The position numbers and the translations under genes are program-made. Of a DNA stretch of 24,000 nt, positions 8,568 through 15,847 are shown piece after piece. The stretch is from an uncultured Ruminococcus sp. (GTDB taxonomy: Bacteria; Bacillota; Clostridia; Oscillospirales; Acutalibacteraceae): the NCBI GenBank assembly GCA_902797225.1, contig CADBSD010000086.1:8498-32497 (forward strand), in the 5' to 3' direction. The notes beneath the pieces are model-generated. The model was not told the DNA's origin and made no database searches. It saw only the letters and a program-made list of their open reading frames with translations. The first letter of the stretch is position 1. Each line of letters starts with the position of its first letter.

Positions 8568-8619
8568 AAATAATTCTATCCCTTTTTTTGAATTGCAGAA
8601 TTATTAAACTGTGAAAAAA

Positions 8620-8632
8620 TGTATAATATAAT
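8620..8632 (+). promoter_or_regulatory. Candidate -10 region (TGTATAATATAAT) of the plus-strand exporter operon
   Basis: Two overlapping TATAAT hexamers at 8622-8627 and 8627-8632, preceded by TG. No convincing -35 is present (aattat or ttaaac). It lies 54 nt downstream of site A and about 40-70 nt upstream of the first start codons. Confidence 0.3.
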
Positions 8633-8670
8633 AGAATAAATAATATTTTGGAGCAGAATGTCATTCTGTC

Positions 8671-9528
8671 GTGAATGAACTGACAGGTTTTATTATGAAC
8701 GGTATTTACAGAAAAAAAGCTATAAAAAACGCGTATTCGACAGAACAGCTTGACAAAGCTATTGTAATATCTTCCCCTCTTTCGTGGCTTGGGATAATCG
8801 GCGTTTTGGTGTTTATTACCGCGGTTATCACCTGGTCTGTTTTTACAACAATTCCGACGGTAGTTAACACAAAAGGAGTATACACCGAAAAGGCGGATTT
8901 ACTTGCAGTTAATTCAGATTGTTCGGGAATTATACAGAAATACTTTATTCATTCGGGCAGCATTGTCAAAAAAGGCGATGTTATCGCTGAAGTTAAAACA
9001 AACACGGGGGAACTAAGAAAGCTAAAATCAAGTTACGACGGTACAATCAGTAGTGTTTTACTAAATGATAATGATGTTGTATATTCTTCGGACGAGCTTA
9101 TCAGAATAACTCCCGAGGACATCCCCGAAAACTGCGTCGTATGTTATCTGCCTTTATCGCAAGCCGAATATATTAAAGAAGGAATGAGCGTTACGCTTTA
9201 CCCAAACCTTAATTATTCCGTTAACGACGCTCATCTGAACGGTGAAATCAAGTATATTGCAAAGTATCCCGCCGACGAGAAAAACACATCTTTAATTCTA
9301 GGCAAAAACAGCGGTCTAAAAAGAATGCTTCTGAAAGATGAGGCGGTTATTGAAGCCGTATGTAAGATAAATAACAAACACGATAAAGATAAATATATTA
9401 CCAATGACAATAAAAGAATTATACTAAAAAACAAATCCGTTCTCTCTTTAAGAATCGTTACCGAAAACACTCCGCCTATTAACAAGCTTTTTAGTTTTAG
9501 TGAAAACCGTGGTGGCGACAATGAGTAA
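8671..9528 (+). CDS. HlyD-family membrane-fusion/secretion adaptor of the NHLM (NHLP/Nif11) bacteriocin export system (TIGR03794-like)
   Basis: The N-terminus MNGIYRKKAIKNAYSTEQLDKAIVISSPLSWLGIIGVLVFITAVITWSVF matches the family pattern: F-R-K-x-A-l-x ... S-x-E-q-L-D, then a single TM helix. A lipoyl-like hairpin is present (GIIQKYFIHSGSIVKKGDVIAEV). The ORF opens at GTG 8671, but ATG 8695 (MNGIYRKK) is the more likely start. It is short (277-285 aa) for a HlyD protein and has little coiled coil. Confidence 0.85.
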   Translation: MNELTGFIMNGIYRKKAIKNAYSTEQLDKAIVISSPLSWLGIIGVLVFITAVITWSVFTTIPTVVNTKGVYTEKADLLAVNSDCSGIIQKYFIHSGSIVKKGDVIAEVKTNTGELRKLKSSYDGTISSVLLNDNDVVYSSDELIRITPEDIPENCVVCYLPLSQAEYIKEGMSVTLYPNLNYSVNDAHLNGEIKYIAKYPADEKNTSLILGKNSGLKRMLLKDEAVIEAVCKINNKHDKDKYITNDNKRIILKNKSVLSLRIVTENTPPINKLFSFSENRGGDNE

Positions 9529-11659
9529 CTACGTTAAGACGCCTGTCGTTTTTCAGAGCGAAGCTTGCGAGTGCGGAGCGGCTGCGCTGACTTGTGTGCT
9601 GTACTATTTTGGCAGATACACGCCTTTGGAAAAGGTACGCGAGGATATCGGAATATCAAGAGACGGATGCAGCGCTGGAAGTATAATGAGAACGGCGAAA
9701 AGCTACAACTTACACTGTCACGGATACCGAAAAGAAACAGAAGATTTAAAAACAATTAAAACACCCTGTATTCTGCATTGGAATCTCAACCATTTTGTGG
9801 TTTTTGAGGGCTTTAAAGGGAAATTCGCCTACATAAACGATCCCGCGCTCGGGAATCGAAAGCTTAGCTTTGAAGAACTTGACAACTCGTTCACGGGAAT
9901 AGTGCTGACCTTTTCCCCTAACGCGGAGTTTAAAAAAAGCAAAAAGCCTCATACATTCTTTAAATTCGCTAAAGAACAGCTTAATACAAATTCAGAAACT
10001 GTTGCAAAGCTGTTTATTATAAACGCGTACCTGGTATTCACGGGGTTAACCCTTCCATTGTTATCAAGAGTATTTATCGACGATGTTCTTGTAAGCAAGA
10101 GCTATGAAGTATTTTCTTGGATAGCGTTTATTATCATCTCCTGCATTATTTTGCAGTTTATTCTTAACATTTACCAAACGACTTTACTTGCAAAATTCAG
10201 AAAAAAGCTTGTACTTTTAACGAGCAAAAAATTTCTTACGCGCTTGTTTGATTTACCGCTTAATTTTTTTGAATACAGATTCGCGGGAGATTTAGCTCAG
10301 AGAGTAAAGAATATTCAAGCCGCCTGTTCTTTTGTTTCAGACGAAACGGCGAGTATATTTTTTGATATAATTATCGCGGTTTTTTATTTTATTGTAATGA
10401 TTATATACAGCCCTATTCTCAGCTTAGCGGCTCTTTTATGCGCGGCTGTAAATTTTATCATTATTAAAACATCGTCAAATTCGCTTTCGGAAAAATCAAT
10501 CAGATTACAAAAAGATACGGGAGTTTTATTAGGCGTATTGTATTCGGGAATTAATTCAATAAAAAATGTAAAAGCGTCGGGGATTGAGCCTGATCTAACC
10601 AAAAAAATCCTCGGATATAACGCTGAACTTCCTCAATCACGCCAAAAATTAGCTCGTACGCAAAACATAATTGACACTTTAACAGAATTCAACAAAAACC
10701 TTTTTGACGTTATCGTTTTAACCGCGGGAGGAATAATTGTAATAAACGGTAATATGAGTATAGGAACACTCGCTGCGTTCGGTATACTTTTAACCCTGTT
10801 TAATCAGCCGATAAGCAGACTTATTTCTGTTTTACAAAAAGTTCAAACGGTAAAATCAGATATTAACCGTACAGACGATATAATGAATTGTAAATCAACC
10901 GGCGATATTGATTTCCCTATAAAAAACGACTTTTTAAAAACAATCAACGGTAACGTCGAACTAAAAAACGTATCATTCGGCTATAGAAAAAACTCAAATG
11001 CTGTGGTATCTGATATAAGCATTGATATAGAATGCGGTTCAAGCGTCGCCATAGTAGGAAAATCGGGCTCAGGAAAATCCACAATCATTAATCTTATAAG
11101 CGGTCTTTATACGCCTTGGAACGGCGAGATTAAATATGACAACATAAACATTAAAGCGTTAAATAAAGAAACTAAGAGCGTTAATGTTTCGGTAGTAAGT
11201 CAGAGCGCTTCCCTATTTCCGTATACAATAAAAGAAAACATTAAAATGTTCAACGAAAGTATAAGCGAGGTGGATATGGTAAGGGCGGCGAAAGACGCGT
11301 GTATTCACGACGAAATACTTAATAAACGCGGGGGATACAATTACCCGCTAAGCGAAAACGGGTCAAACCTCTCGGGAGGTCAGCGCCAAAGACTAATGAT
11401 AGCACGCGCGCTCGCTTCTAATCCCGCTGTCCTTATTATGGACGAAGCGACAAGCTCAATTGACGCTGATACGGAAAAAGAAATACTAAAGAATATAAAA
11501 AGACGCGGTTGTACATTTATATCAGCGGCGCACAGACTAAGCGCTATTAAAAACTGCGATAGAATCATAGTAATCTCCAACGGTAAGATTGTTGGAGAAG
11601 GAACTCACAGCGAGCTTTACAAATCCAACGAGTATTATCAAAAACTTATCAAAAACTAA
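9500..11659 (+). CDS. C39-peptidase-domain ABC exporter (double-glycine leader-cleaving peptidase/permease/ATPase; TIGR03796-like)
   Basis: C39 motifs: oxyanion Gln and catalytic Cys in VVFQSEACECGAAALTCVL, His in HWNLNHFVVFEG, Asp in INDPA. Six-TM ABC exporter core. Walker A GKSGSGKST, signature LSGGQRQR, Walker B LIMDEATSSID, H-loop SAAHRLS. The probable true start is ATG 9521 (MSNYVKTPVVFQ), overlapping the upstream stop by 8 nt. The ORF-track start at 9500 is a GTG. Confidence 0.95.
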   Translation: MKTVVATMSNYVKTPVVFQSEACECGAAALTCVLYYFGRYTPLEKVREDIGISRDGCSAGSIMRTAKSYNLHCHGYRKETEDLKTIKTPCILHWNLNHFVVFEGFKGKFAYINDPALGNRKLSFEELDNSFTGIVLTFSPNAEFKKSKKPHTFFKFAKEQLNTNSETVAKLFIINAYLVFTGLTLPLLSRVFIDDVLVSKSYEVFSWIAFIIISCIILQFILNIYQTTLLAKFRKKLVLLTSKKFLTRLFDLPLNFFEYRFAGDLAQRVKNIQAACSFVSDETASIFFDIIIAVFYFIVMIIYSPILSLAALLCAAVNFIIIKTSSNSLSEKSIRLQKDTGVLLGVLYSGINSIKNVKASGIEPDLTKKILGYNAELPQSRQKLARTQNIIDTLTEFNKNLFDVIVLTAGGIIVINGNMSIGTLAAFGILLTLFNQPISRLISVLQKVQTVKSDINRTDDIMNCKSTGDIDFPIKNDFLKTINGNVELKNVSFGYRKNSNAVVSDISIDIECGSSVAIVGKSGSGKSTIINLISGLYTPWNGEIKYDNINIKALNKETKSVNVSVVSQSASLFPYTIKENIKMFNESISEVDMVRAAKDACIHDEILNKRGGYNYPLSENGSNLSGGQRQRLMIARALASNPAVLIMDEATSSIDADTEKEILKNIKRRGCTFISAAHRLSAIKNCDRIIVISNGKIVGEGTHSELYKSNEYYQKLIKN

Positions 11660-11670
11660 GAGCGGTATTT

Positions 11671-14241
11671 ATGGACAATAAAACTATACTTCTCGAAAGC
11701 GGGAAGAATTATATTAGTACAAATGAATATGACGCTTTCAGAGTTAAAAGCGGTACAGTTCTCGTTTATATCGTTCCTGTTAAAAACGGTAAATCAGGGA
11801 GGAAAAAGCTTATTTACGAGGCAATTGAGGGTGATGTTATCCCCTCTTATGTTTACAAAGACCTTGAGTATAATAGTTTCAGGTTTTGTTTTTCCGCTTT
11901 AGACTCAGCGCAATTAGATGTTATGAGCAACTGCTCAACCAATATATTACGGGAAAAATTCGCAAAAAAAATCGGCTTGGATATTTCGAGCGCCTCACAG
12001 TTTTACGAGGCTCTTGCCGAAAGCTACAGGATGTCCTCCGTTTTGGAGATGGGAGCGGTTAAACGCAAAGAGAATAATAATCAAAGCGTTAAAAAAGGAA
12101 TTATTTCTTCAATAATAAACGCATTTAAAAAGAACCGCAAATACTATACGATACCCAACACCGAAAATGAGCTATATAATGCCGCGGCTTTAATATGCAA
12201 ACAAGAAAACATACCTATAGCAAGTTATGAAGCGGTTAAGTCCTATACGGATAAAAACGTTAGAATTGACGATATAGCAAACAGCTCGGGTTTTGTATAC
12301 AGAGAAATATCGCTCAATAAAAACTGGTACAAAGAGAATATGGGTTCTTTTATCGCCTTTAATAAATCAGGAAAGCCTATAGCCTGTATTTCTAAATCCG
12401 CTAATTCTCACGTCTTTTATAACAAAGAGAATAATAAATTTCAAAAAGCGGATAAAAGCTTCGCCGAAACAATAGAAACAAAAGCATATATACTGTACCG
12501 TCCTTTACCGCCCGAAAGGCTTCAAAAAAGCGATTTAATAAAATTCTGTATAAAAAGCTTAAAGCAATCGGAATTAATCAGACTAATACTTTTATCTATG
12601 ATAATAGCGGTAATCGGACTTTCTCTTCCTGTTTTTTCACAGATTATTTACGATGATCTCATACCGCTTGAAATGAAAAACAATTTACTTAAAATTGGAT
12701 TTACTCTCGCGGTGTTCGCGATAGCAAGCGCGGCGCTGTCGCTTGTTAAAAGGTTTTCGCTTTTCACAACGACTTACAAAATCGCGCTTGATTTTCAAAA
12801 CGCTGTATTTCATAGGCTTATTAATCTGCCTCAAAGTTTTTTTGATAAAAATAATACGACAAAATGTGCTGTCGGAGCTTTTAACTCGGGAGCTTTAGCC
12901 GAAACAATATCGGGCGAAATAATATACTCAGTTATCTGTATTCTTTTTGCCGTTATTTATTTTATTTCGATGATAACCGTCTCCCCTGTTTTAAGCTTTA
13001 CCGCTGTTCCCGCTGTTATTGTTTACATACTGCTGTATTCAATTATTTCCAAAGCTTTTATAAATGAAGAAAAACAAATAGAAAAATACGAAACTCAAAA
13101 CAACTCAATAATATATCAATTTATTCTTTCAATTTCGGAAATAAAAAATTCCGAAGCAAAAGAAAAAGCTATTCTTAAATATTTAAAATCTTATATTACG
13201 GAAGCTAATCACAGAGAAAAAGCAAGCCGGATAAAAGGCGTATCCATAGCTGTTACACTTGCGTTCAACGGGTTGATTACTCTTTGTTTTTACACGGTAT
13301 GTACAGTGTTAAGGATTGATATAAGCGCGGGCTCTTTTATATCTTCTACGACGTTATTCGGCGTATTCTCGGCTTATGTCACACAGATTATAAACAGCAT
13401 AGTAAATATAAAGGCTCAAACACCTTATATGCAGCGCACAAAAATAATTCTGGACGAACTCCCCGAAAATGAAAACGATAAAATAATCCCGCATAATTTA
13501 AGCGGAGATATTTATATTAATAATCTTAGCTTCCGCTATTACGGTGAAAATGACAAAACGCTTAAGAACATAAGTATAAATATTAAAAGCGGTGAATATC
13601 TCGGCATAGCGGGAGCTTCGGGAAGCGGTAAATCTACTCTTATCAATCTTTTGCTCGGCTTTTACAGCGACTATAACGGCGAAATACGTTATGACGGTTA
13701 TAATATTAAAGAGTTGAACAAACAAAAACTTAGAAAAAATATGGGCATTGTTCTTCAAAACGATACACTTTTACCTGACACGATTCTCCGTAATATATCC
13801 GTGAATTCTCCCGAAGCTTCAATAAACGATGTGAATAAAATCACGGATGAACTGGGATTATCGGAAGATATTAAAAAAATGCCTATGGGATTATACACAT
13901 TACTTAACGAAAACTCTACCACAATTTCCGAAGGGCAAAAGCAAAGAATATTACTGTGCAAAGCATTATTATCTAATCCCAAAATAATAATACTTGATGA
14001 ATCCACATCTTCACTCGATAACGAATCTCAACAGCTTATTCTGAATGCCCTTAAAAAAAGAACAGCTACAAAAATTGTAGTCGCGCAAAGACTAAATACA
14101 CTTATTGACTGCGACCGAATAATCGTTATAAAAGACGGCGAAATAACGGAAACAGGACGCTATAAGGATTTAATTAATAATAAATCAGGCGAGTTTTATA
14201 AACTGGCACAAAATCAGATTGACGATATTGATGAAAGGTAA
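11671..14241 (+). CDS. Second NHLM-system ABC exporter permease/ATPase lacking the peptidase domain (TIGR03797-like), with ~300-aa N-terminal extension
   Basis: 856 aa. TM exporter core from about aa 300. Walker A GASGSGKST and Walker B IILDESTSSLD are canonical. The signature is ISEGQKQR (not LSGGQ) and the H-loop reads VVAQRLN (Gln where His is expected). The N-terminal part (FRVKSGTVLVYIVPVKNGKSGRKKLIYEAIEGDVIP) looks like a cNMP-binding-type beta-barrel by eye. An 11-nt gap separates it from the upstream gene. Confidence 0.92.
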   Translation: MDNKTILLESGKNYISTNEYDAFRVKSGTVLVYIVPVKNGKSGRKKLIYEAIEGDVIPSYVYKDLEYNSFRFCFSALDSAQLDVMSNCSTNILREKFAKKIGLDISSASQFYEALAESYRMSSVLEMGAVKRKENNNQSVKKGIISSIINAFKKNRKYYTIPNTENELYNAAALICKQENIPIASYEAVKSYTDKNVRIDDIANSSGFVYREISLNKNWYKENMGSFIAFNKSGKPIACISKSANSHVFYNKENNKFQKADKSFAETIETKAYILYRPLPPERLQKSDLIKFCIKSLKQSELIRLILLSMIIAVIGLSLPVFSQIIYDDLIPLEMKNNLLKIGFTLAVFAIASAALSLVKRFSLFTTTYKIALDFQNAVFHRLINLPQSFFDKNNTTKCAVGAFNSGALAETISGEIIYSVICILFAVIYFISMITVSPVLSFTAVPAVIVYILLYSIISKAFINEEKQIEKYETQNNSIIYQFILSISEIKNSEAKEKAILKYLKSYITEANHREKASRIKGVSIAVTLAFNGLITLCFYTVCTVLRIDISAGSFISSTTLFGVFSAYVTQIINSIVNIKAQTPYMQRTKIILDELPENENDKIIPHNLSGDIYINNLSFRYYGENDKTLKNISINIKSGEYLGIAGASGSGKSTLINLLLGFYSDYNGEIRYDGYNIKELNKQKLRKNMGIVLQNDTLLPDTILRNISVNSPEASINDVNKITDELGLSEDIKKMPMGLYTLLNENSTTISEGQKQRILLCKALLSNPKIIILDESTSSLDNESQQLILNALKKRTATKIVVAQRLNTLIDCDRIIVIKDGEITETGRYKDLINNKSGEFYKLAQNQIDDIDER

Positions 14242-14244
14242 GGA

Positions 14245-14562
14245 TTGTTTATGAGAAGTGATAATAAGCTTTTAGAATTAACGGGTAAGGTATTGTCGAA
14301 TAACGACAGCGCAGAGAAACTGACTAAAGTAAAATCTATATCGGATATTAAAAAAATATTCGAAAATAACGAAATCAAAATAACGTCCGAAGAAGTTGAG
14401 CGAATCGGCATTCTTCTGAATAACGATGAGCTAAACGAAGAAATGCTTGATACTGTAAACGGCGGCGGCGCTGTGGAGATGATTATTCTCGGCGGAGTTT
14501 TAGTCAGCTTAGCGGCAGTCGGCGCGTGCAGAGCGGCTTATTTGAGCATAAAAAAGGATTAA
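14245..14562 (+). CDS. Nif11-like leader, double-glycine precursor peptide (TIGR03798-like) with hydrophobic 31-aa core
   Basis: The likely start is ATG 14251 (AGGA RBS at 14241-14244, 6-nt spacer). The track start at 14245 is a TTG. The 72-aa leader MRSDNKLLELTGKVLSNNDSAEKLTKVKSISDIKKIFENNEIKITSEEVERIGILLNNDELNEEMLDTVNGG follows the Nif11 leader pattern, ending in (E/D)-L-x-E-E-x-L-x-x-V-x-G-G. The predicted core (nt 14467-14559) is GAVEMIILGGVLVSLAAVGACRAAYLSIKKD. The gene sits directly after its cognate three-gene exporter. Confidence 0.85.
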   Translation: MFMRSDNKLLELTGKVLSNNDSAEKLTKVKSISDIKKIFENNEIKITSEEVERIGILLNNDELNEEMLDTVNGGGAVEMIILGGVLVSLAAVGACRAAYLSIKKD

Positions 14563-14571
14563 TGTAAACTT

Positions 14572-14934
14572 ATGGAAAGAAATTACGAAAAAAACTCTCT
14601 TATAATCAGAGATAGCAACGGAGATTTTAAGCTAAGCATTTCAACAAAATACAATAATGATTCATCGCTGATTAAAGTATCGGGCGAGTTAAGTTCTGAT
14701 GTTTCTCACGATTTTGAGGATGAGCTTATGGCGGTTGTCACCGTACGCGATAATATAGATTTGGATTTATCTGATGTCACAAAAATATCGTCAGTCGCTT
14801 TAAGAGCGCTGTTATCAGCTCAACAGATTATTGACGAGAGAGATAACGCGTCGCTTAGAATACTAAATATGAGAAAAGAAGTTTTAGGCTTTTTTGAGGA
14901 AAAGGGCTTTGACGATCTTTTTATTATTGTCTGA
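14572..14934 (+). CDS. STAS-domain protein (SpoIIAA/RsbV-like anti-sigma-factor-antagonist fold)
   Basis: 120 aa. IKVSGELSSDVSHDFEDELMAVV...IDLDLSDVTKISSVALRALLSAQQII...LRILNMRKEVLGFFEEKGFDDLFII matches the STAS layout. Ser73 (nt 14788-14790) aligns by eye with the phosphorylated Ser of the SpoIIAA D-S-S-G motif. No RsbW/SpoIIAB-type kinase or sigma factor is nearby. Confidence 0.8.
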   Translation: MERNYEKNSLIIRDSNGDFKLSISTKYNNDSSLIKVSGELSSDVSHDFEDELMAVVTVRDNIDLDLSDVTKISSVALRALLSAQQIIDERDNASLRILNMRKEVLGFFEEKGFDDLFIIV

Positions 14935-14961
14935 CAAAAGATTTAACAGGAAAATATAAAA

Positions 14962-15846
14962 ATGAACCAATACAATCCATATAAAATATATGAAGGAAAT
15001 GAAAACTACATATTCTCAAGCTACTCACACAAGGACGAAGACAGAGTCATCAGGATATTAGAACAGCTCGCGAAACACGGATGCCGATTATGGTATGACA
15101 ACGGTATTAACGCGGGAAGCAACTGGCCCGAGGTTATCGCTGGACATCTGAATAATTGTAAGGTGTTTTTATCTTTTATTTCTAAAAACGCGGTTAATTC
15201 TCATAACTGCAGACGGGAAATAAACTTTGCCGTACTTAAGAAAAAAACTATTATAACCGTCTTTTTGGAAGATACGGTTTTATCCCCCGGTATGGAAATG
15301 CAGCTTTCAACTATGCAGTTTATAGAAAAGTACAAGCTCTCGGACGAGGAGTTTTACGAAAAACTTTTAGATAACAAAAAGATAAAAGAATGTATCGGAA
15401 AGCCTGATAAGAATATAAAAATTCCTAAAGGTATAAATCACGAGCCGCAAAAAAGCTATGATAACCTATGGCTTAGTAAAGAATACACAGGCGAAAAAGA
15501 TTTTTATTTTATAAAAAATACTGTTTTCTATTTAATACGAAAAAATACAGGCGAAAAGATAAGAATAAATCCCGAGGGATTTAACATAGGCAGAAAATCG
15601 GAATTTTGTGATTATACAATCAACGGCAACAAAACCATAAGCCGACTTCACGCCACAATGAAAATCAGAAATGAAAAATGTATTATTTATGACCACGATT
15701 CGCTTAACGGCGTATATGTAAACGGCGAGGCTATAACGCCGAATACCGAAACAGAGCTTATCGCTCACGATGAAATCAGGCTGGGAAGCGAAAAATTTAT
15801 ACTTGTTTCAGATGAAGAAGAAAGCATAGAAAACACGGAGGAATAG
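14962..15846 (+). CDS. TIR-domain / FHA-domain fusion protein
   Basis: N-terminal TIR_2-type domain (aa ~15-104): YIFSSYSHKDEDRVIRILEQLAKHGCRLWYDNGINAGSNWPEVIAGHLNNCKVFLSFISKNAVNSHNCRREINFAV. The glutamate at the usual catalytic position is E86, nt 15217-15219. C-terminal FHA domain (aa ~188-282): G210-R211, S227-R228-x-H230, N249-G250 (FNIGRKSEFCDYTINGNKTISRLHATM...DSLNGVYVNGEAI...IRLGSEKFILV). No TM helix or signal peptide. AGGAAA RBS. Confidence 0.88.
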   Translation: MNQYNPYKIYEGNENYIFSSYSHKDEDRVIRILEQLAKHGCRLWYDNGINAGSNWPEVIAGHLNNCKVFLSFISKNAVNSHNCRREINFAVLKKKTIITVFLEDTVLSPGMEMQLSTMQFIEKYKLSDEEFYEKLLDNKKIKECIGKPDKNIKIPKGINHEPQKSYDNLWLSKEYTGEKDFYFIKNTVFYLIRKNTGEKIRINPEGFNIGRKSEFCDYTINGNKTISRLHATMKIRNEKCIIYDHDSLNGVYVNGEAITPNTETELIAHDEIRLGSEKFILVSDEEESIENTEE

Positions 15847-15847
15847 A

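Noticed and set aside
8333-8569. 78-aa minus-strand ORF in the divergent intergenic region
   Set aside because: The sequence is low-complexity and unprotein-like (FIFSFYYVTINTKYEDVF...). No RBS is present. It spans two hairpins and the repeat sites, so the region is better explained as regulatory or non-coding.
8658-8678. Six-codon upstream ORF (MSFCRE) with GGAG 4 nt upstream, overlapping the GTG start of the adaptor gene
   Set aside because: It could be a leader peptide or a coupling device. However, the SD spacing is short, the peptide is tiny, and nothing supports its function. It mainly suggests that the true adaptor start is ATG 8695.
8671-14562. Possibility that the locus is a lanthipeptide, TOMM or other RiPP cluster because of the Nif11 leader
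   Set aside because: No LanM/LanB/LanC, YcaO, radical-SAM or other tailoring enzyme is encoded anywhere in the 24 kb, and the core lacks the Ser/Thr/Cys density such enzymes need. An unlinked maturase cannot be excluded.
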